DNA from: Patescibacteria group bacterium
Lineage (GTDB): Bacteria; Patescibacteriota; Minisyncoccia; Phycocordibacterales; UBA9973
Assembly: GCA_038063535.1 (NCBI GenBank)
Contig: JBBTUV010000004.1
Span: 114,238-178,237, forward strand
Reading direction: 5' to 3'
DNA: 64,000 nt
Shown piece after piece: positions 1-8,045 of this stretch. Position 1 is the stretch's first letter, and every line of letters starts with the position of its first letter. The notes below the pieces were generated by a model. That model made no database searches. It was not told the origin of the DNA and saw only the letters and a list, made by a program, of their open reading frames with translations. Position numbers and translations under genes: made by a program.

Positions 1-97
1 GAAAGAAACTTCTTCCGGGTCAACCTTGCCGAAGACCGGGAGTTCCGGCGGCGGCGGAGCGTATCTGATTATTTGGACCTTATTATGACGGACCATG

Positions 98-1861
98 CTA
101 TGATTTTAGCACTTTTTGCTCTTTGTTCATACGGCGAAAAACGGAATTGTTTTGGTTCATGAGCTCATCATAGGCTCCTTCTTCCACTACTTGTCCCCTT
201 TCCATTACGGCAATCTTGTCCGTGTATTTAAGCGTGCCCAGGCGGTGAGCGATTATGAGAAATGTTTTGTCTTTGCCGTAAACGCCTAAAAGCTTTTCCA
301 TAATTTTTCCTTCCGTCTCCGAATCAAGCGACGAAGTCGCTTCGTCGAGAATTATTATCGGCGCATTTTTGTAAATCGCGCGGGCGATCCCCAGGCGCTG
401 GCGCTCTCCGCCGGAGAGCATATAGCCCTTTTCACCGATTTTCGCGTCGAGCCCCTCCGGTAGTTTGGCGATCACTTCACCAAGTTGAGAAATTTCAGTA
501 GCCTGATTCAGAAGCTCGCTGTCGCCGCTGCGCATCATAGTAATATTGTCGCGAAGCGAGAGGTTAAAGAGCTCGGTCTCTTGTAGAACTACAGTGATGC
601 TCGAAAGCGTTTCGTTGTGCGAAATCGAGTAATAGTTTTTGTTGCCAATTTTGAATTCACCGGACTCGAGCGCGTAAAGGCCTAAAATTATTTTTGCCAG
701 AGTTGACTTGCCGGAGCCGGAGAGTCCCGCGATCCCCGTCTTTGTATTTCTCGTGAGCGTCAAATTAAAATCCTTCATCCCCATCTGCCCCGACCCGTAA
801 TCCATGTTTGCATTTTTAATCTCGATTGCTTTCCAATCTCTCGGGAACGTTTCATTGCCTCTTTTGATAAACTCCGTTTCTCTAAATATAGGCATCATGT
901 TGCCCAGATCGGACCTGAGCTCAATAAGATCTGAATGCATATTACTGAAATCTCCCAACCCATCACGTAGTCTAAAAAAATAGGCGAAGGCAACCAATAC
1001 TGTTCCTATGGTGATAACCTGAGCGATTACCTCCTTCGCTGTCAAAAATAAGAAGAACATTAATGCTGTACCGTTTATGAACTGTAAAAGATACCACTTA
1101 CTATATCCCGCTTTTGATCTTTTTATTGACATATCCCGCGATTCCTCTTCTCTATTGGCCACACGCGCGCTAATATTTTGTTCACTACCTAGGGCTTTCA
1201 CTGCAAGTAAATTGCTTGCACTTTCTACATACACTCCACCCGCAGCTTGGTTAAATTTATTGAATTCATTACTCAATCGTAGAATTTTTTTGCTTAGCGT
1301 AAATTCTATCGACAAGAAGAGAGCAGTATAAACGAAGATTACAATGGCCAACTTATAATCAATGAAAGACAATATAATAATTGCCCCGACAATGTCGGCA
1401 AAAATTTTGAGAATATCTTTTGTCAAAGCTCCTAGCCAGGACTTGATAGAATCGGCACCAGTAAAGATACGCTGAATTTTGCTTCCAATATTTTCCTTAC
1501 TGTGCCATTCAAGAGAAAATTCAGTTAACCTTTCAAATCCCCAAATTCGCGCCTTGGCTCTGCCCCTTTGTCCCATTATTGATATATTCATCTTGCTGTA
1601 CAAGCGAATTAAAGACGCAGCAATATATGTGCCCCCAATGAAAAGAACATAACCATACAGGGGCTCAAGAGGATCACCGGGAGAGTGTATTGTTAAAAGA
1701 TCAATAATTTTTCCCGTTACATAAGGAGGGACAAAAGTATAGAAGAAAATAGATGAAAGTAGAATTGTAAAAAAAATGAATTTTCTTCTATCATTCTCTA
1801 AGAAATACCAAATTGCCTTTGGTACGTCCCACCAGGAAAAATTTTTTACGTCCTCCTTCAT
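98..1861 (-). CDS. ABC transporter, fused permease/ATP-binding protein (MsbA-like exporter)
   Basis: 587 aa; N-terminal multi-TM region; Walker A GLSGSGKST; ABC signature LSGGERQRLGIARA; Walker B IIILDEATSSLD. Confidence 0.85.
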   Translation of the reverse strand: MKEDVKNFSWWDVPKAIWYFLENDRRKFIFFTILLSSIFFYTFVPPYVTGKIIDLLTIHSPGDPLEPLYGYVLFIGGTYIAASLIRLYSKMNISIMGQRGRAKARIWGFERLTEFSLEWHSKENIGSKIQRIFTGADSIKSWLGALTKDILKIFADIVGAIIILSFIDYKLAIVIFVYTALFLSIEFTLSKKILRLSNEFNKFNQAAGGVYVESASNLLAVKALGSEQNISARVANREEESRDMSIKRSKAGYSKWYLLQFINGTALMFFLFLTAKEVIAQVITIGTVLVAFAYFFRLRDGLGDFSNMHSDLIELRSDLGNMMPIFRETEFIKRGNETFPRDWKAIEIKNANMDYGSGQMGMKDFNLTLTRNTKTGIAGLSGSGKSTLAKIILGLYALESGEFKIGNKNYYSISHNETLSSITVVLQETELFNLSLRDNITMMRSGDSELLNQATEISQLGEVIAKLPEGLDAKIGEKGYMLSGGERQRLGIARAIYKNAPIIILDEATSSLDSETEGKIMEKLLGVYGKDKTFLIIAHRLGTLKYTDKIAVMERGQVVEEGAYDELMNQNNSVFRRMNKEQKVLKS

Positions 1862-3792
1862 TCGAGAACCCTCCTCAAGACGTCTTCAGGCACTTCTTTA
1901 GTTTTTTCAGCCTTAGGCTGACCAGCCTCTGGCTGGTACGGCGGAGGCGGCGCAGCTTGCCCTGAGCTTGCTTGTTGTGAGCTCGTCGAACCAGTCGAAG
2001 GGGGCACTTTTTCTTCGATTACTTTTTTTAATTTATCCATATCCTCGGCTTTTGCGGACAAATCTCTTGCGTCTTTTGTTTCTTTTCTTTCATTTTTTTT
2101 CAAATTCGCAAGCGAGATCGGTGGCGGGGTCGGCTTTACTTCTTCTTTCATCGCTTTGCTCAAAACTTCTTTGAGACCGACATTGTCTTTCTGCTGCCTA
2201 TGGAATTTTTTTGGGGGAACCTTCGGGCTCTCAATGCCGGTGGGCGAAAATTCTATTCCGAGCGCGGCAAGCGGCTCGTAAAACGTAGCCTCCTTTTCTA
2301 TAAGCTCTTTTTTCGAAAGGCGGACAGGCTGGATCTCTCCAACCTTTATCTTCGCGTGGCAATCGTCGCAATAAACTGGGCGGCCCGGTTCGGGCTTGAA
2401 AGGCACCATCGTTTCTCTTCCGCAATTCGAGCAGATCGCCTTGAATCGCTCGCTCGAGGGTATCGGCTCGTCACCTAGAGCCATCCCGCTCCAGTCGGTG
2501 ATCTCTTTCTCAACATCGACGCGCGGCCGGCAATAAAGCTCACGAGATGCTTTGATAACTTCACGTTCTATCGCTGGGTCGCTCCGGTTTTCGATCGGGG
2601 GCAATGTCTTTGCCGAGAATGGCCTTGAAGTTATGCCGTCGATCATGAGCTTCATGTAAACCTTGTAGTTCGGCAGATTCACGATATCTTGCGGAGTGAA
2701 TTCCGGCTCGAATTCTGCTTCGAGAAATTCAGCGTCATCGGCACCCACGCGGAAAACTATCATAGTGCCGACGTTGCCAAAGACTGCATCGCGAACAGAA
2801 GAATTTTTCTCCGCCACGAGTTGGGCGGTGTACTGGTGCGCGATGGTGAGGTTTAGGCGGTATTTGCGCGCCTCCGATAGGATGCCTGCGAAAGCGTCGG
2901 TCACGAAATTTTGGAATTCGTCGACGTAGAGGTAAAAATCCTTTCGCTCGTCCTCGGGGATCCTCACGCGCTCCATCGCCGCAAGTTGGATCTTGGTGAT
3001 GATCATGCCACCCAAGAGCGCGGAGTTATCTTCGCCGATCCGGCCCTTCGAAACGTTTACCAAGAATATTTTTCCTTGGTTCATGATGTCGAAGATGTTG
3101 ATGGTGCTTTGCGACTGGCCGACGACGTTTCGGATGATCGAGGTTGAGAGGAACTGACCGACTTTGTTTTGGATCGGAGCGATCGCTTCGTTTCGGAACT
3201 TATCCTGCCAGGCCTCGTACTCGTGTATCCAAAATGCCTTGATCACCGGGTCCTTCAGATTGTTGATGATTTTTTGCCGGTAGTCTTTGTCGACGAGCAT
3301 GCGCGGGATGCCAAGGAGCGTGGTTCCTGGCGTATCAAGAAGCGCGAGGATCGTGTTGTTCAAAATATATTCCATGCGAGCGCTCCAGGCGTTCGCCCAG
3401 ATCTTAGTAAATATTCCCATCAGGCCCGAGGCGACGAGGTGTTTGTACTTCTCGTCCACAAGTTCAAGTACGTTGAAGCCGATATGATAGTCGGTATCGG
3501 CTGGGTTGAAATAAATGACGTCTTTCATCCGGTTTGACGGGATGGCGGAGAGGACGGATTCCACTAATTCGCCGTGCGGGTCTACCACGCAGACGCCTTC
3601 GCCGTTCCGGATGTTCTGGATAATCATGTTGAACATCAGGACCGATTTGCCGGTGCCGGATTTTCCCAAGAGATAAACATGCTGGCGCCTATCCTTGCGC
3701 TTGATGCCAAAGAGAGTGTTTTTATCCCGATAGGTCGTGAGCCCAAGATAGGTAATCTCCCTATTTATCGGTATTTCCGGAATGTCAGGCAT
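1858..3792 (-). CDS. VirD4/TraG-like P-loop NTPase (T4SS coupling-protein family) with C-terminal zinc ribbon and low-complexity K/E/P-rich tail
   Basis: Walker A LLGKSGTGKSVLMF; Walker B FYLYVDEFQNF; CSNCGRE..(17 aa)..CDDCH zinc ribbon; ~130 aa low-complexity C-terminus; overlaps upstream ABC gene by 4 nt. Confidence 0.5.
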   Translation of the reverse strand: MPDIPEIPINREITYLGLTTYRDKNTLFGIKRKDRRQHVYLLGKSGTGKSVLMFNMIIQNIRNGEGVCVVDPHGELVESVLSAIPSNRMKDVIYFNPADTDYHIGFNVLELVDEKYKHLVASGLMGIFTKIWANAWSARMEYILNNTILALLDTPGTTLLGIPRMLVDKDYRQKIINNLKDPVIKAFWIHEYEAWQDKFRNEAIAPIQNKVGQFLSTSIIRNVVGQSQSTINIFDIMNQGKIFLVNVSKGRIGEDNSALLGGMIITKIQLAAMERVRIPEDERKDFYLYVDEFQNFVTDAFAGILSEARKYRLNLTIAHQYTAQLVAEKNSSVRDAVFGNVGTMIVFRVGADDAEFLEAEFEPEFTPQDIVNLPNYKVYMKLMIDGITSRPFSAKTLPPIENRSDPAIEREVIKASRELYCRPRVDVEKEITDWSGMALGDEPIPSSERFKAICSNCGRETMVPFKPEPGRPVYCDDCHAKIKVGEIQPVRLSKKELIEKEATFYEPLAALGIEFSPTGIESPKVPPKKFHRQQKDNVGLKEVLSKAMKEEVKPTPPPISLANLKKNERKETKDARDLSAKAEDMDKLKKVIEEKVPPSTGSTSSQQASSGQAAPPPPYQPEAGQPKAEKTKEVPEDVLRRVLE

Positions 3793-3807
3793 TCCTTAAT
3801 TATAGCA

Positions 3808-5736
3808 CTATTTTGAAGTTTCGTCGGGGTTCTCGCCCTCCTTTTTCTCTTTGAATTCCGCGTCGCGGACTTCGCCAGGTTGCTCTTCGGGAGTCGAAGA
3901 TTCTGAACTCGCTGAGGGGTTTGCCTTTTGCATTGCCTCCCCTATTTTAGACATTTCGGCCGAGAGTTCTTCGGTGGCGCTCTTTATAGCCGCAACGTCA
4001 GCGCCGTCTTTGACTTCCTTCAGCGCTGCGATCTTTTTATTTACGTTTTCTTTTAGCTCCGCCGGCACTTTCGTTTCGTTGTCTTTAAGCGCCTTCTCGG
4101 CTGTATAGATTATCATCTCCGCGGTATTCTTCACGTCCGCAGTCTCTTTCTTCTTCTTGTCCTCCTCTGCATGCGCCCCCGCATCCGCCTGCATTTTCTT
4201 TATGTCTTCATCTTTGAGGCCGGAGCTTGCTTCGATGCGAATAGATTGCGACTTGCCGGAAGCTTTATCCATAGCCTTCACGTTCAAGATGCCGTTCGCG
4301 TCCACATCGAACGTCACTTCCACCTGCGGCATGCCTCGGGGCGCCGGCGGGATACCGTCCAGAATAAAGCGCCCGAGTGATTTATTGTCCGCTGCCATCG
4401 GCCGCTCGCCTTGGACCACGTGGATTTCCACACTGGTTTGATTATCTGCAGCCGTTGAGAAAATCTGCGACTTAGCCGAAGGGATGGTCGTATTTCTTTC
4501 AATAAGTTTAGTTCCCACACCGCCCAGAGTTTCAATTCCGAGCGAAAGCGGAATGACGTCAAGAAGGAGCACATCCTTCACATCTCCCTGAAGCACACCA
4601 GCCTGCACGGCTGCGCCAAGAGCCACCACTTCGTCAGGGTTCACGCCCATATGCGGCGGCCTCCCGAAAAACTCCTCCACCTTTTTTTGGATCATCGGCA
4701 TGCGAGTCTGCCCGCCGACTAAAATTACTTCCTGTATATCCCCAACCTTAAAAGGCGATGCCTCCATCGCGCGCTTGGTGATCATCATCGCTCTATCTAC
4801 AAATTCGCGGCAAATTTCCTCGAGGTCCGCGCGCTTCATGGTGCGTACCAAGTGTAGCGGTCCAGCATCGCTCGATGTTATGAACGGTAAATTGATCTCT
4901 GATTCCACTGCGCTCGAGAGCTCGATCTTCGCTTTCTCCGCGGCGTCATCGAGGCGCTGCTTGGAAAGAGGGTCTTTGCGCAAGTCCACTCCGTGTTCGC
5001 GAGCGAAGCCGTCCGCGAGCCAGTCTATTATCTTCTGGTCGATGTCCTTGCCTCCGAGGTGCGCGTCTCCATCCGTTGAAACAACCTCAAGAGAGCTTTC
5101 CCCCTCCTTGCTCATGTCGACTTGAAGAATAGAGATATCAAATGTTCCTCCACCGAAATCAAATACAGCTATTTTTTCACTTTTATTTTTATTAAACCCG
5201 TAGGCAAGTGCTGCGGCGGTGGGTTCGTTTATAATTCTTTTGACATTGAGTCCTGCTATAGCACCCGCATCTTTGGTTGCCTGTCGTTGAGAGTCGTTAA
5301 AATACGCCGGGACAGTGATGACTGCTTCGGTGATCTTCGTACCGAGTTTGGCCTCTGCATCAGCCTTGAGCTTGCCTAGTATCATTGCCGAAATTTCCTC
5401 CGGGCGATACCATTTGTCCCCCATCTTTACTTCGATTCCGCCGTTTTCAGATTTCCGAGTTTCAAATGGAACTGCCTGAATATCTTTCTGAACTCCCGGC
5501 TCGTCGTATGAGTGGCCAATAAATCTTTTGATTTGAAAAACTGTGTTTCTCGGATTTGTTACACTCTGGCGCTTGGCAAGCACGCCGGTCAGCCTGTCAC
5601 CGTTTTTGGCAAGAGCAACGACAGAAGGCGTGGTACGCATACCTTCAGCATTTTCTAGTATTTTCGGCTCCCCGCCCTCGATGAATGCCATCGCCGAGTT
5701 AGTTGTTCCTAAGTCTATACCTATGATTTTTGACAT
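3808..5736 (-). CDS. dnaK: Molecular chaperone DnaK (Hsp70)
   Basis: N-terminal [24 protein letters not shown] and full-length Hsp70 architecture with acidic C-terminus. Confidence 0.95.
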   Translation of the reverse strand: MSKIIGIDLGTTNSAMAFIEGGEPKILENAEGMRTTPSVVALAKNGDRLTGVLAKRQSVTNPRNTVFQIKRFIGHSYDEPGVQKDIQAVPFETRKSENGGIEVKMGDKWYRPEEISAMILGKLKADAEAKLGTKITEAVITVPAYFNDSQRQATKDAGAIAGLNVKRIINEPTAAALAYGFNKNKSEKIAVFDFGGGTFDISILQVDMSKEGESSLEVVSTDGDAHLGGKDIDQKIIDWLADGFAREHGVDLRKDPLSKQRLDDAAEKAKIELSSAVESEINLPFITSSDAGPLHLVRTMKRADLEEICREFVDRAMMITKRAMEASPFKVGDIQEVILVGGQTRMPMIQKKVEEFFGRPPHMGVNPDEVVALGAAVQAGVLQGDVKDVLLLDVIPLSLGIETLGGVGTKLIERNTTIPSAKSQIFSTAADNQTSVEIHVVQGERPMAADNKSLGRFILDGIPPAPRGMPQVEVTFDVDANGILNVKAMDKASGKSQSIRIEASSGLKDEDIKKMQADAGAHAEEDKKKKETADVKNTAEMIIYTAEKALKDNETKVPAELKENVNKKIAALKEVKDGADVAAIKSATEELSAEMSKIGEAMQKANPSASSESSTPEEQPGEVRDAEFKEKKEGENPDETSK

Positions 5737-5758
5737 GTTTTTTGCGCTCGCAAATTAC

Positions 5759-5786
5759 TTGTATAATACCAGTATAGTGCTATACT
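5759..5786 (+). promoter_or_regulatory. sigma70-like promoter (TTGTAT-16-TATACT) driving the near-leaderless PaaX-like gene; the -10 overlaps a 7-2-7 inverted repeat AGTATAG-TG-CTATACT
   Basis: Boxes read directly; ATG lies 6 nt after the -10; inverted repeat at 5771-5786. Confidence 0.45.
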
Positions 5787-5792
5787 TAAAAC

Positions 5793-6302
5793 ATGTCAAG
5801 CAATATCAGGAAAATCCTTAAATTACTTGCTGAAAAGCCCGCGATACCCGTAGAGACTCTTAAGGACCGAAACGACCCAAAGGCTTCCTATGCCCTTGCA
5901 AGAACCGCAAGGGCCCTTGTAACGGGCGGATATGTGGAAATGCTAAATTCGAGCCGGGAAAGCTATTTGCGGCTTACCAAGAAAGGTAAAACCAGGCTCG
6001 ATACCATACGCCTAGAGGGAGATGGGATGCCCGTAGCGCAAAATTGGGATGGCAAGTGGCGAATAATTATTCTTGATATCGACGAAGCAAGGAAGAGTGA
6101 ACGTGAAGCACTACGATATCTCTTGAAGAAAGCAAATTTCGTCTGCGTTAAGAATACCGTCTGGATCTCGCACCTCCCCTACGAGCATCTTTTTGAGAAT
6201 ATAAAAAAGGATCTCGGCCTCACCACCGAGCTCATGATCCTCGTCACTGATAATCTAGACCCCGAAACCCGTCTTGCTTTCCTAGAGGCCCTCAAAAAAT
6301 AA
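5793..6302 (+). CDS. PaaX-like winged-helix transcriptional regulator
   Basis: Central WDGKWRIIILDIDEARKSEREALRYLL resembles the PaaX C-terminal domain (WDGxWhhh...LPExxRxxRxxLR); N-terminal wHTH-like region; divergent from dnaK. Confidence 0.5.
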   Translation: MSSNIRKILKLLAEKPAIPVETLKDRNDPKASYALARTARALVTGGYVEMLNSSRESYLRLTKKGKTRLDTIRLEGDGMPVAQNWDGKWRIIILDIDEARKSEREALRYLLKKANFVCVKNTVWISHLPYEHLFENIKKDLGLTTELMILVTDNLDPETRLAFLEALKK

Positions 6303-6332
6303 CATCTCTACAAACTGGAGTTTGTCAGGATG

Positions 6333-8045
6333 TCAGTAGACTTCTTGCTGATAGCAACGCTCGCAGTAGATTATTTCCGGCCGCTCGGAGGAATAAGTGG
6401 TTTTGAATTCTTCCAGGCACTTCCCTTCTCCGTGAAAGTGCTCGTTCTTTTCACACATGCATGATCTGTCCCAAAGCTTTAATGGATTTCTTTGTTTAAT
6501 CCTCTGGAAATGCCGGCAGTTCGGACACAGGCGTGGAAAAGGCAGACTCATTCTTTTGTAGAATTTAAATTCCTCTGGAACAATTTTGAAAGCCTCGGTG
6601 CATTGTTCTTCACAACCCCCAGCATGAGCACAAGCGATTGTTTTGTTCAAAATGTCTTCAGGAACGTCCTGGATATGATCAGGGATTTCATTGCTCGCGA
6701 TATCAATTTTATAGTTTCTTTTCTTCTCTTCCCGCCATTTGTATCCTTGTTTCTCTGCTTGCGTTTTAGTTAAAGGAAAATACTCTTGGGCTATAGTTTC
6801 GTTGTAGGCAAGCGGCGAGAGCCAGGCCGGGAAAAATTCCCCGAATTCCTTATTTTTTATCATGTGCTCGACTATTTTGGGCACAAGTTTCTCGTATTCC
6901 TCTTTTGAATACTGCTTATTCAGGACGCAATATTCTTTTTTGCGCAGGCCGATGCAGCCGAAAATATTCCGGCATTCGTGACATTCTTCATTGTAACGTG
7001 CATCTTGGTTGTTAATATTACGAGTTCCAAAAGCAACATTGTGACCACCAAAACAGTGCGCAATTTCATAGACCAACTCGCTCCCCCACCCCTGGAAGGA
7101 GGTATCGTAGCAATCCTTCGCAACGTTCCTAATATAGAATAAAAATCTTGAATCCTCAATTTGAGCAGAGGAATAAGAATCTTTCGTGTTTCGGGATTCA
7201 TAAAGATCGTCTCCTGTGGAGTTAACCGACTTTATAATCCTCGCAAAGCGATGGATGGCCTGTCTATCCAATTCTGCAAGTTTTTTCTTATATTCTAAGT
7301 GAGCTTCAAAACTCCCTAAGTTGGCTTTCTCAATGAATTTTTTGTATTCCTCTCTAGAGTGTGGTTTGTTCCAGATGTGATATTGCTTGTTTCTAAGACC
7401 CACACAACCGAAGCAGTTTATGCAGTTTTTGCAGTCAATCAAATAGTAGCTTTCCACGCAAGCTTCTGAATGCCCACTAAAAAATAAATTATTGGACCCA
7501 AGGCATTCAAAAAGTTCGTAGCTGAATTCAATCTTCTCGCAGAATGCGATATCCATCGAATCGCCAGAATTGAAAATTTGATTGGCAAAGTATACTCTTT
7601 CATTACCCTTTCCCCCGAAAAGCAGATAGCAATCTCGAAAGTCCAGCCCGTAGTTGCAGTATTCGCTATTTACAAAATTCGTCCGATATAGATTCACTCG
7701 TGGCACAGAAACCTGGAGTGAACGGAATTGATTGAAAAAAGGCTGAGAAAAATCATAAGGCCTGCCGTAAGAGAGTGGGTCCCATTTGTCGGAAAGCCAG
7801 CAGTCCCGGCAGTAAATTGTAAAAGGCTCTTCCTCGTGGTAAATAGTCAGTGTTGATTCTCCGCAGAGAGCGCATTTACGCCGGTAGAAAACACGATTAT
7901 TTCTAAAAAGGAGTCTCCGCTGGAACCGACAATCCGGGCAGAAAGTCGGCGGTGGCACCTGCATCTTCTCGTAAAAATTAAAATCTTCCGGCTCGATTAC
8001 GAAGTTGTTTTTACAATTCTGGCAAGTTTTAGTTTCCGCGTTCAT
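6333..8045 (-). CDS. Large cysteine-rich protein, uncharacterised family; paralog of 27166..28857
   Basis: 570 aa; N-terminal CxxC..(23)..CPxCR and CxxC..(17)..CRDC zinc ribbons, repeated at the C-terminus; two internal CxNCFGCxGLRxKxY...NK..S.EEYxK repeats; ATGA overlap with purL stop. Confidence 0.7.
   Translation of the reverse strand: MNAETKTCQNCKNNFVIEPEDFNFYEKMQVPPPTFCPDCRFQRRLLFRNNRVFYRRKCALCGESTLTIYHEEEPFTIYCRDCWLSDKWDPLSYGRPYDFSQPFFNQFRSLQVSVPRVNLYRTNFVNSEYCNYGLDFRDCYLLFGGKGNERVYFANQIFNSGDSMDIAFCEKIEFSYELFECLGSNNLFFSGHSEACVESYYLIDCKNCINCFGCVGLRNKQYHIWNKPHSREEYKKFIEKANLGSFEAHLEYKKKLAELDRQAIHRFARIIKSVNSTGDDLYESRNTKDSYSSAQIEDSRFLFYIRNVAKDCYDTSFQGWGSELVYEIAHCFGGHNVAFGTRNINNQDARYNEECHECRNIFGCIGLRKKEYCVLNKQYSKEEYEKLVPKIVEHMIKNKEFGEFFPAWLSPLAYNETIAQEYFPLTKTQAEKQGYKWREEKKRNYKIDIASNEIPDHIQDVPEDILNKTIACAHAGGCEEQCTEAFKIVPEEFKFYKRMSLPFPRLCPNCRHFQRIKQRNPLKLWDRSCMCEKNEHFHGEGKCLEEFKTTYSSERPEIIYCERCYQQEVY

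Noticed and set aside
5737-5792. CIRCE (HrcA) element upstream of dnaK
   Set aside because: No TTAGCACTC-N9-GAGTGCTAA-like sequence is present. Only the 7-2-7 AGTATAG/CTATACT repeat was found, and it is reported separately.
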